DNA from: Macrostomum hystrix
Lineage: Eukaryota > Animalia > Platyhelminthes
Length of the DNA: 64,000 bases
Reading direction: 5' to 3'
NCBI GenBank assembly: GCA_950097015.1
Contig: CATNEN010000039.1
Location: 3,162,001-3,226,000 of the forward strand
Shown here piece after piece: positions 13,517 to 26,000 of this stretch. Position numbers and translations under genes: made by a program. Under the pieces are notes generated by a model. That model did not search any database and had not been told where the DNA came from. It worked only from the letters and a program-made list of their open reading frames with translations. Positions within the stretch are counted from its first letter, which is position 1, and each line of letters begins with the position of its first letter.

Positions 13517-16500
13517 GGCTAACCCAGGTTCTAGATCCAGAGCTCCATGGCTAACCCAGGTTCCAGATCTAGAGCTCCATGGCTAACCCAGGTTCTAGAT
13601 CCAGAGCTCCATGGCTAACCCAGGTTCCAGATCTAGAGCTCTATGGCTAACCCAGGTTCTAGATCTAGAGCTCCATGGATAAGCCGTCAGTTACGGCGGT
13701 CAGTTGCCTAACCCAGGTTCTAGATCCAGAGCTCTATGGCTAACCCAGGTTCTAGATCCAGAGCTCCATGGCTAAGTCTTCAGGTGCGCATTCAAATGCC
13801 AGAGAGCAGTGAATGAGTCATAGTTAGCCGGATTAACTCAATCTGCGAGAAATTGCCACAATAGGCTAATAGTCACATTTATGGCAACCGCGAATATATA
13901 ATATTTATTAACTAAATTTCTGAATAGCAAACAGTGGGATGGTCTCAACAATAGCTAGACTTGTTCGTCGCTGCTCAACCCAAGCCCTCAGGGGGTCTGC
14001 ATGGCGGGACAGTTTTGGCAGGAGGAAGGAAGCAAGCAAGGAATTGGGAAGTGCTTCCCTACAATACTTCCCCAGTAGTCGATGAGTCACTAATTTCCTC
14101 ACGGGACAGAGAGTAGGTTAATTCCGCTCCACTTGCCCTCAAGTCATTGACATGATTGTCGCCATGCATTGCTACTGCTCCGTCACCACCCCCAGGGTAC
14201 TCAGGGGTAAGCAAACACATCGGAGCATAGGCAATTGAGAACTAGGGTGATTTTGAGTTAACCCGCGTGAGAGTGACAAGCGCGATTTGACAGGCGAACA
14301 ATGCTATGATCCATATAGGCAGTGCATGAAACATTGGGGTTCAGCAGTTAGAGCTTTGGACTTTGAGAGAATCATCCATGCAATCTATAGACCCATCTAT
14401 GCAATCTATGGACTCATCCATGCAATCTATAGACTCATCCATGCAATCTATAGACCCATCTATGCAATCTATGGACTCATCCATGCAATCTATAGACTCA
14501 TCCATGCAATCTATGGACTTATCCATGCAATCTATGGACTTATCCATGCAATCTATGGACTTATCCATGCAATCTATGGACTCATCCATGCAATCTATGG
14601 ACTTATCCATGCAATCTATAGACTCATCCATGCAATCTGTAGACTCATCCATGCAATCTATAGACTCATCCATGCAATCTATGGACTCATCCATGCAATC
14701 TATAGACTCATCCATGCAATCTATAGACTCATCCATGCAATCTATAGACTCATCCATGCAATCTGTAGACTCATCCATGCAATCTATAGACTCATCCATG
14801 CAATCTATGGACTCATCCATGCAATCTATAGACTCATCCATGCAATCTATAGACTCATCCATGCAATCTATGGACTCATCCATGCAATCTATAGACTCAT
14901 CCATGCAATCTATGGACTTATCTATGCAATCTATAGACTCATCCATGCAATCTATAGACTCATCTATGCAATCTATAGACTCATCCATGCAATCTATAGA
15001 CTCATCTATGCAATCTATAGACTCATCTATGCAATCTATAGACTCATCTATGCAATCTATGGACTCATCTATGCAATCTATAGACTCATCTATGCAATCT
15101 ATAGACTCATCTATGCAATCTATAGACTCATCTATGCAATCTATAGACTCATCCATGCAATCTATAGAATTATTCAAGAATTTACGGAATCAGCTCGTAT
15201 TTTGACGCGGAAAATTGTCCCTTAGAATTGAAAGCAGACACGCAGTCAGGTGGGAAGGATGCAACTAAGTGTATCTCGCAAATCCCATGAAAAAAAGTTA
15301 AGAAGACGGGCGGGAAAAAAGTGGCAACTTTAGCAAAGGAAAATCTTGGCTAGAAAAAAAGTTTACTTTGGTGAGCCCTGGCGCAAGAAACACGCAAAGC
15401 CAATTATCTAAGCCAAGCTTCAGGTGCGCCTGCACTTCCACAGCAGCGATTGCTTTCGTCACCGAAGCGTATTTATAATTGTCTTCATTGGATCAATTAG
15501 TATTCATAATGCTAAGGACAGCTTTAGACTTCTAACCGAGAGGTCGGCAGTTCGAATCTCCCGGCCGTGTTCCGATTCGACCAGTCTATGGTCTCTCCTG
15601 CAGTGCTTAGACAGCTTTAGACTTCTAACCGAGAGTGCGGCGGTTCGAATCTACGAGCTACATTCCAAAAGGAAGCTATTTGAGTTACTAAGCAACTTTA
15701 ATATCGACTGCTTCAGTTTATCTACATTAAAACTGTGAGTTTGTCTGGCGGCCACCGCTGTCCATGGACTGAACATCTGTACACAGCGTTTGGAATATTA
15801 AAATATAGCGCTCGCATGCGTTATTCAATTCAAGTTTTTCAATACATATCGTTCAATCTTTGATTTTAACTCGAGAAAGAAAAACTAATTTAGATACGCG
15901 ATATAGTTATAAATGGTTATAGTTATAAATATTCAACCGTTCAGGTCATAGCGGACCATGTCTGATTGATCGACCGTTTTGAGTAACCACGGCCTACTCG
16001 TATTCTTACCTTAATACCTCGTATTCATTATATTTCCTTTTCCGCCAATCTCATCAGCACTTCTATCGCATTATCACCAGCCGTTGATGGTCAAAAGACG
16101 AATAATTTCCTATCTATAGAATGTGTACAAGACATTGCAAATGCTTGCAATGTTTGGGCCCATAACTTGTAGGCTGGGTTAATTAAATTTTACACCTTCC
16201 ACCCTTACCAGCCATAGCTGTCTGTCATTATTCCGGCTCTGAACCCTCTTCCCCTTGAGGTCAGCAAATCGGAACCAATTTGGGAATCTGAAAGTTTGCG
16301 GGTCGAACATGTCTTTGCCGCTTTGGCGCATTCAAGCAAAGAAAAAATATTCAAGTACGTATAAAAGCAAAAAGCCAAGCCCAAAATACAGAAACGTGAC
16401 TGTTTTCATCGCCTGTCTGCGTCACTCGCAAAAAAGACGGTGCCTTGCCTAGCAACAATTTCCTTTGCCGCAACAAAAAATAGACTTAATATATGCGCCT

Positions 16501-19500
16501 GCATGTGACACGGGCGCTGTGACGCATTCAGTTGGCACTGAGGGACCCTCGCAAACTCCAAAGCCTGCTTGATGGGCCCAGCTAATGTTTCAAGCCCATC
16601 TCTGCATCTGGGCGACATATGAACTGTTTACACAGCCAGCCCATGCAGATCTGACAGACCTGCAGCCACATTATCTGACCGCCTGATCGCAGACAGGAGC
16701 CCAACAGATTGCTGATCGGATCAGCCAGCAATGGTCGTTCATTAATCCCATAAATTTCCTAGAAGTAAGCACTTTAGCGGAAGTGTATCAGCCTTTAGTT
16801 TTTTGCAGGCATCAGACGTCACATAGCTGGTTAAATTCCGTATTATCTGCTATTCTCATCTATTGATATCCTACGAGTATATTCTGAATAGGGTTTTAGA
16901 ATATAGAAAGGGTGAGTATATATTGGGGCTTGAGAATCGTACAGGATGAATGTAAACTGGAGTAAAAGAATCGCGTTGGACGAGTGTACATTGGGGTAAG
17001 AGAATCGCGTCGGATTAGTGTACATTGGGGTGAGAGAATCACCTAGGACGAGTGTACATTGGGGTGAGAGAATCGCGTAGGACGAGTGTACATTGGGGTA
17101 AGAGAATCGCGTAGGACGAGTGTACATTTGGGTAAGAGAATCGCGTAGAACGAGTATATGCCTAAATGGACGATTTAGGCATATCAACCATCGAATGCAA
17201 AAAATATAGGAAAAAATGCAAAATCGTGGCCGGTAAAATTTCAGAGAATTTTTATGACTTTCATTTAAGCCAACTGACTTCCATCTAATAAAAAAAATTC
17301 GACGAATTACAATTTCTAAAGCTAATCAAGAGGATACTGAATTGCGCATCAAAATTCGTTTGGGGATTTTACTTTGCGCATTTCTTCAGCTACGAAAGAA
17401 AAATTTGGAACCACTCCAATAATATAGGAGCCGTTAGAATGGGTCGTGGGGTAAGTCTTGTTCCGATGCTAGCTAGTAAAGGCAGGTAGTTCCTTCACAT
17501 TTTATTGCAAGTTGACATTGCCTGGAGCAATAAATAAAAATGGCCTCTACAAAAAAGTCTGGATAAAAATTTCCATTAAGACTGGAGTAGGTAATGACCC
17601 AAAGCCCACTTAGTGATGGGCCCGCAATGTCCTTTAATTAGTCTAAAACAAGGCTGAAATCAAGAGAAAGGCTGAACACAAAAAATGTAGCGAGGCCAAT
17701 TTTATGGCACACCGGAAAGTGGAAAAAGAGATTGGGTTCAGACAGACGGACGGCGACAGACTGCGACCAGCAGAACAAGTTGGGCTGGGGGTGGCCAAGG
17801 CTCTTGTTTCTATGCGGGCCGGCACAGACAGGAAGAGAGGCTGAGACGGCCGCATAGAAACAGATGCCGCAGAAAGGAGGAGACTCGCACTGAAGACGCC
17901 ATCGAGCTTGCTTCCCGTGGCAACTAATTAATAGTGACAGCCCAGGCGAGGGCGAATGGGGAGTGGGTGCACACGATAATATTCCCTGCCATCTTTTCTG
18001 TCGACTTCCTCGCCGCCCGCCCACCTTGGCCAGCCGTTCAGCCGCGTGTCGATCAAAAAAGGACAGGAGAGCAGATGCGGGGCCGGGCCAAATTAGGATG
18101 ACGGCAGGAAAAGTGCACGGTACCGTAGTCTATGCAAGCTTGCTTACAACAAGAGAGAAATTTTCCCAATAAAATCAATCCGAATTCGCATAAACTGAAT
18201 CTCTAAGAGAGATAAACGCAACAACTAGCGAGCTGCGAGCCTCATAAACCGCAATTAGTCCAGAGTTTATTCAGGCAGATTATTAATCAGAGAAAGCAAT
18301 ATTAGTCACGCAAAACAGAACGCATAAAATTGTACATATTCGAAGAAAACTAAATTAATATAGAATATTATAGCTCTGCCGTATGTAATGATGTTAGCGC
18401 AAAAGCTCTTCAAAGTCAGCGTTGGAAACCCGCAGTAAACAGTTCATATTGCACTTTGGCATACGGTTACTGTACTCATAGTGAATGGTACAAGATCACG
18501 CTGGTATCTGACAGCACAGATGTCTGACACTGGTATCTGACAGCACAGATGTCTGACACTATCATCTGACAGCACAGGTGTCTGACACTATCATCTGACA
18601 CCACATATGTCTGACACTGGTATCTGACAGCACAGGTGTCTGACACTGGTATCTGACAGCACAGGTGTCTGACACTGGTATCTGACAGCACAGATGTCTG
18701 ACACTGGTATCTGACAGTACAGGTGTCTGACACTATCATCTGACAGCACAGGTGTCTGACACTATAATCTGACAGCACAGATATCTGACACTATGATCTG
18801 ACAACACAGGTGTCTGACACTATCATCTGACAGCACAGGTGTCTGACACTGGTATCTGACAGCACAGGTGTCTGACACTGGTATCTGACAGCACAGGTGT
18901 CTGACACTGGTATCTGACAGCACAGGTGTCTGACACTGGTATCTGACAGCACAGGTGTCTGACACTGGTATCTGACAGCACAGGTGTCTGACACTGGTAT
19001 CTGACAGCACAGGTGTCTGACACTGGTATCTGACAGCACAGGTGTCTGACACTGGTATCTGACAGCACAGGTGTCTGACACTGGTATCTGACAGCACAGG
19101 TGTCTGAAACCTAGCGTTTAGCTTGAGACTCATTTGTTGGATTTTGAAATCGAAAGTACATCCCTGAATGATTACTCAGCATGAAGCAAACGATGCGCAA
19201 GCATTACTCAAAACAATAAATTTAACTTTATAAAAGGACAGAATGAAAAGTGTATAAAACAAAGCTGACTATTTAGTAATACTAATTTATAAATGACACT
19301 CAAAGTAGAGATTTAGCTTAGCCTCTCGACTGAAATACAGAAACGAGAAAAACTAAATATAAAAGTGGAATTAATAATATAATAGAATATTAAACTGACG
19401 TTGAATTAAATTCCCAGTGTATGTAAAGACTGGTAATGACAGCTAAAACAGCCACGAGACTAGTACAGTGAGAACAATGCCTTCAGGTACATAATAATGA

Positions 19501-20080
19501 CTATATTAGTTGCATTATTATTATTACAAACAGGTCACACAGAAGAATCACAAATAGCTTTTCAAGTGACACGCAGACAATGGAATTAAAAGCAATGAGA
19601 AACAAAACTATGACATGTACTTCAATGCTTTGTTAGATAATTTATTTGCTCAATGCAAATAATAACTCAACACACACACAGCTGAGATGCGTAAATGCCG
19701 CTCCAGACCAAGCTTACTAAGCAGAAAATGTACAGAGGAAAAAAAGAAAATTTTTGTAAAAATACAGAAACTGTCTCTCATTAACTTTGAAAACCAATTT
19801 TCATGACTATGCGAGAAAAATATATGATGGATAGACTTGAAAAAATGTGCATAAAAGAAAAAAGTAGATCAAATATTAAAGATAACAGACAAACTCAGAG
19901 ATCAACAGCTGGTAGAGTGCTCTGTGACTATTGAAATAAACTGAGAAAATAAGACGAGATAAAGAGAATTGCCAAATTCAGTGCAGGAGGTGCGGAAACT
20001 CAAAAACTGACGACATCAAATTCGAACTGCATTGGCAAGCTACATTCTGCATTCGCATTCGACAATGGAGAGTCCGGGCT

Positions 20081-23000
20081 CTACGCCGCGGTCTCCTTCA
20101 TATGGTCGAAATAGGCCAACAGCTGGCCATAGTCCATTCGGCGCATACTCTGACTCCAGCTGAGGTCGCCGGCTCGTATCCCGGCAGCGGCGTTTGCCGC
20201 GGCTGGCGACCCAGACGATGAGTAGGGCGGCGGTAGTTGGCGCGAGAAGCGCGGAGTGGCGCATGGATTCAAAGCCGGCGATTGAGAGGCCGACGGCGGC
20301 AGCATCGGCAGCGGCGAGCCCGCCAAGCCGGGACTCAGCCGGCGGCTGCTGGTGCGCATAGGCGGCCGCGGCAGGGAGCCGTCGATAGCCAGCGAGTGCT
20401 GGCGACTGCTGGGATTTAGGAAATAGTAACTAGGTGAGGATCTGGGAGTTAGTAACCAGGTGAGGATCTTGGAGTTAGTAACCAGGTGAGGACTTGGGAG
20501 GTAGTAACCAGGTGAGGATCTGGAAGTTAGTTAGCAGGTGAGGATCTAGTCGTATTACCAGGTGAGGATCTGGGAGCTAGTAACCAGGTGAGGAGCTGGG
20601 AGTTAGTAACCAGGTGAGGATCTGGGAGTTAGTAACCAGGTGAGGACCTGCGAGGTAGTAACCAGGTGAGGATCTGGGAGTTAGTTTAGTTAGCAGGTGA
20701 GGATCTAGTCGTATTACCAGGTGAGGATCTGGGAGGTAGTAACCAGGTGAGGAGCTAGGAGTTAGTAACCAGGTGAGGATCTGGGAGTTAGTAACCAGGT
20801 GAGGACCTGGGAGGTAGTAACCAGGTGAGGATCTGGAAGTTAGTAACCAGGTGAGGACCTGGGAGTTAGTAACCAGGTGAGGACCTGGGAGGTAGTAACC
20901 AGGTGAGGATCTGGAAGTTAGTTAGCAGGTGAGGATCTAGTCGTATTACCAGGTGAGAATCTGGGAGCTAGTAACCAGGTGAGGAGCTGGGAGTTAGTAA
21001 CCAGGTGAGGACCTGGGAGTTAGTAACCAGGTGAGGACCTGGGAGTTAGTAACCAGGTGAGGATCTGGGAGTTAGTAACCAGGTGAGGACCTGGGAGTTA
21101 GTAACCAGGTGAGGACCTGGGAGTTAGTAACCAGGTGAGGATAAGTAGCAACCAAGTTTAGATCAGAGAAGCAACAACCAGATAAGGATTTCGAGATCTA
21201 CAGTGACTGAAGACATAGGGGAGTTAAGGGGTCGATTTGTAAGGATCTGAAGATCTGCCTGGCGACTCACCCCAGGACGGAGGACGTGCCCAAGCGTGGC
21301 GTCAGCCTGGCCGGCTGCAGGCTCTCTAGCGGGTTGGCCACAATGCGAATCGAGCACTCCTGGCCCTGGTAGGTTGTGCCGGTAGCCGCAGCGGCGGAGG
21401 CCGCACCGGCTGCTGCGCCGGGAGACGACACGGTGGCGGTTACTGAGCCGCCCTGCCGCCCGAATGTGGTCAGGTGGCTGTTCGAATCCGTTGGACTGTG
21501 CGGAGCGGCTGCTGCCGCTGACCTCACCGGCTGGATGAACTTGGTGTGCCGATAGATGGTGCCGTCCTCACGGCTCAGCTTCTTGTCCTGGAGGGTGTCC
21601 AGGCCGACCCACACCCAATTGTTGTCCGTGTACTCTTCTTCGCCAGGCTGCAATCCTGGTGGGCGAGACTGCTGCTTCTGTAAGACGCTGTTGTTGCCGC
21701 CACTGCTAGAGGGCGGCGACCGGCGCTGCTCGCCAGACTGGAGCAACAAGGAGTTCGGCGACTGCAGAGACGGCAGAGTGCCACAGCGAAGCGGCAGCGG
21801 TGACTGCTGCTGCTGCAAAAGCAATTGCTGCAACTGCTGTTGCTGTTGCAGCTGGTCTGCAGCAGCCTGGCGATGAGTTGCATCGCTAGAATCCGCACTC
21901 GGAAGTCGGCGATGCTTTCGATATCTGGGAGGTGCGGAAGAGAAGATTTTTTATTCAGAATTTAAAAAATATGAAAATTTAGTACAAATGCTCATTAGCA
22001 GCAAGAGTGAACTATTACAGTGCAGATGTACTTATACAAATGCAATGGCAGATTAATTAAACGAACGTAATTAACAGTGCGGGCGTACTTAACAGTGCGT
22101 GTGTACTTTAAAGTGCGGGCGTACCTAATAGAGCGTACTTTAAGCGAAAAACTCCGCATCATTAACTTAGAGGAAGACGAAAAATGAAAACATGACAGAC
22201 AAGAACTCATATGCTAAAAAAGTTGGAATCTTACCTGGCGCACATCACTGCGAAATTGACGAAAAAGACCATCACGGCCAAGCAGAAAATTGCCAGGAGG
22301 ACGAACATGCCAATCTGAAAGGGAGAGCGCCGACTAGTGGAGCCGCCTTTGACACCGCCTCCAGCAGCAGCTGAAGCCGAGCCACCAACAGTGTCGATAC
22401 TAAACCCGTCTTTGCCGTCAGAAGATGACGACGGTGGCTGCTGCCCGCCGAGGCCATTCCTGGAGGATCGATAGCTTGTCGAAGCCGACATTGAGGACGA
22501 GCCGGAGCCGGAATTACCGGAAGCTGCTGAAGCGTCGCCTGGCAACAGTTGATAGTCGGATGGAGAAAGGATGGTGTCCAGGTTCAAACTTGGTGACGGC
22601 GCTTTGGCTGAGTCCCCGCCGGCGCCTGACCGCAGAGTCGGCGGCGACTGTGATGAAACCGGCGTCGGCCGCGGATTCGAAGCGCCGATTCGCCTCTGCT
22701 GCGGCGGAAATTTGATTCGACCGCGGACTTCTACAAGCGGGGTGGCTGCCGGCCTCGGCAGCGGCTTGCCCCTGCCTCGGCTGCCGCCGTTGCCAATCGG
22801 TGCACCGCCGCAGAACTCGCTCTGAATAAGGCGAACAGTGGCCAGCACGCCGTCGGCCTCGGCAATGGCGTAGAAGATTGGCCAGTTAGTGCGAAGGCTG
22901 CGATTCAACGGCCGGACAGCAGTGGCGTTGTAACTGACCAACTGCGATGATTGGGAAGGGTATCAAATTCAGAAAAATGTATTATGCACTTTTACTCTTT

Positions 23001-26000
23001 ACAGGTAAAAGACAGGGACTCTCCTATCCAACAGACAGGGACTCTCCTATCCAACAGACAGGGACTCTCCTATCCAACAGACAGGGACTCTCCTATCCAA
23101 CAGACAGGGACTCTCCTATCCAACAGGGACTCTCTCTCGCCTGCTGAACAGTTGACTTTCCTACCCAACAGGTGACTTTCCTACCCAACAGGTGACTTTC
23201 CTACCCAACAGGTGACTTTCCTACCCAACAGGTGACTTTCCTACCCAACAGGTAACTTTCCTACCCAACAGGGACTCTCACCTATCCAACAGGTGAGAGT
23301 CACCTAATCAAAAGGTAGGGCATTATGTACACTCAGGCATCTCAGTTCCAGCTCACCTGAACAGTAATATAGTCCGGGTCGATGTCCTCCACGGCCACAA
23401 CTGTGTCGTCGCTAAATCTGAGATTAACTTTAATATAGCCCGACTGATTGAAGTGATCGAAATCGCGAGAAATGTGCGCCGTCAGGTAGCGGCCCATCAG
23501 CTGGTCGCCAATGAGCAGCACGGACAGGTTGGTAACGAAGTGGGCTTCGATACTGTCGATGACGACGCTGCTGCTATATCCGACAGTGAAGCTGGCATTG
23601 CCAAGGTGCGGCTCGGACACCGACACCAGGATGCGGCCTTTGCTGACACCCTCCAGGGTGCTGCCCTTCAGTGCTGCCACCTCGCGATCGCTGACCACCA
23701 GTCGGCCGACTGCGTAATGAGTGACGTCCAACAGCTGCTGCTCGGCTGAGGCTGGCGAATCGCCTGGCATCGAGGAGGCGGCTCCGCCGCTGCCGAACTT
23801 CGGAATGGACAGCAACGCGTCAACGCTGCCAGCTTCTTGGCTGCTGCGCATCACAAATCGCGTGAACACCTGGCAGGTGCGAGGGCAAGAGTGCGGTCAG
23901 TGTCATTGAATGTCAGGGGGAGATTGCTTCGGAGATCAACTGAAGGTCAGGAGGGCGGAGGCCAACTGAAGGTCAGGAGGATGGAGGCCAACTGAAGGTC
24001 TGGAGGGTGGAGGCCAACTGAAGGTCTGGAGGGCGGAGGCCAACTGAAGGTCTGGGGGCGTAGGCCAACTGAAGGTCTGGAGGATGGAGGCCAACTGAAG
24101 GTCTGGAGGGCGGAGGCCAACTGAAGGTCAGGAGGATGGAGGCCAACTGAAGGTCTGGAGGGCGGAGGCCAACTGAAGGTCTGGAGGGTGGAGGCCAACT
24201 GAAGGTCAGGAGGGTGGAGGCCAACTGAAGGTCTGGAGGGTGGAGGCCAACTGAAGGTCAGGAGGGTGGAGGCCAACTGAAGGTCTGGGGGGCGTAGGCC
24301 AACTGAAGGTCTGGAGGGCGGAGGCCAACTGAAGGTCAAGAGGCCAGAGATTGCTGTGGCCAACTGAAATAATTTCTTGGATTAAGCCTCACCTGCACCC
24401 TGGCATCCTGAAACTTCTTCCGACACTGGAACCCTCTGCCGCCATCGACTTCTCCACCAAATCGGCGACGCCCAGCACGACGACCGAAGAGACGGCTGCG
24501 TCGTAGGGATACAGCGGTGGATGAGCTAATGCGCAGGTAGGCATAAGAGCCGCCGCTGCTGCCGCCTCCGTGAGCCACAGCCAGCCGGGGCACGCGCCAA
24601 CCCCGGATTCGCTGTAGGCTGGAGTCGGTCAGGGTGACGCGCAGAGGAAACACCGGGTAATAGACGTTGAAGGCGAACTCAACAGTGTGCGAGCGCCACT
24701 TGGCCGTGATGATAGCACCGTCGCCGCCAGACTTTTCAGTGCCATTGAAGTAGACGTATTCGCATCGTTTGCCGACCTTGATGACCTCCTCCTTGCTGTG
24801 ATAACAGTTGGCCGTGTGCACTCGCTCCGGTGTCAGATCGTCGCCAACAGCGTAGAGCCACACCGGGCTGCGGGCGAACTCGCCGGAGATGGCGGCTAGG
24901 TTGAACAGGTCGGCCTCTTTGTAGACGGCCACGAGGCCGCGGACGCCGTCGTACAGGCGGTGCTCGGTGGCGATGGCGGCCTGCTCGTCGGCTAGCCGGG
25001 TGATCCAGTTGCCGCCCCGCTCGGAGGTGTGCTTGACGTACCATTTCAGGCGAACGCGATCTGACAGGTCGATGATGCCAGTCTTAGCGCGAACAAACAC
25101 GGTGCAGATGAGGCTCTTTGTTGACAGCTTGGCATTGTAATACTCATTGCTGATTGTGCCATTCACAATGAGGCTGCGATTCTCGTTGCCGATGGCCCAG
25201 CGGGTCACCCAGTTCTGGCGCTGGTTCAGCAGCACGTGGTCAAAGGCGGCTGCCGATCCAGGCTCGATATGCACCTCCAGGTTGAAGGTGACAATCTTGG
25301 AGAATTCCTTGACTAGGACATCCACCTAGTCAAGGAATCATGAGAAATCATGATACGAGGGATGAATTACTGCCCCTGTAGGAATCAAGGATAACAGCTG
25401 GAGTCTGAACCAGCTGATAGCTGATAACATCTCACTGATAGCTGATAACATCTCACTGATAGCTGATAACATCTCACTGATAGCTGATAACATCTCACTA
25501 ATAGCTGACTAAGCTCACTGATACTGCAACACAGACTCGGCCAGCTCACCTGCAGATCGTTGCCGGGCTTCAGTCGCTGCTCCCGATAGACAACCCGCAG
25601 GTCATTGTCGATCTCTCGCTCAACCTGCCTGGCGGAGATCACTGGCAGGCTGCCTGGCACGCTGCGGGCCTCCTCGTGCAGCCGGATGGCCGAGTGGTCG
25701 GACATGTAGCAGCGAGTGTTGGCGCCCTGCAGGCTCAGGTAGGCATTGTAGGTGGCTTCAACCCGCGAGGGCGAGCCGGTGTACTGGTGCGCGACCGCCG
25801 CCTTCAGACTGACGGTGACAACGCATTCTTGACGGCCGACCGGTATGGAGCAATAGCCGACCTGGGGAAGCGGAGATCAGATTAATTAAATTCTGGATAA
25901 AATCTTTCTTTCTGCCTGCGCCGGCTAGAGGCACACAGGCATACATAAATCAACACGTTCTAAATCAGGGTGTCTGTAACTATCGCGAAAATTCATGACC

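Larger units (their letters stand above)
3171..23731. repeat. ~10.2 kb direct tandem segmental duplication (copy 1 3171-13513, copy 2 13514-23731)
   Basis: ORF-track entries recur identically at +10218. Differences seen by eye: G4050 vs T14268, and a 125-bp block of the 32-bp array present only in copy 1. The junction has 2-bp CA microhomology at 13514-13515. Confidence 0.95.
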
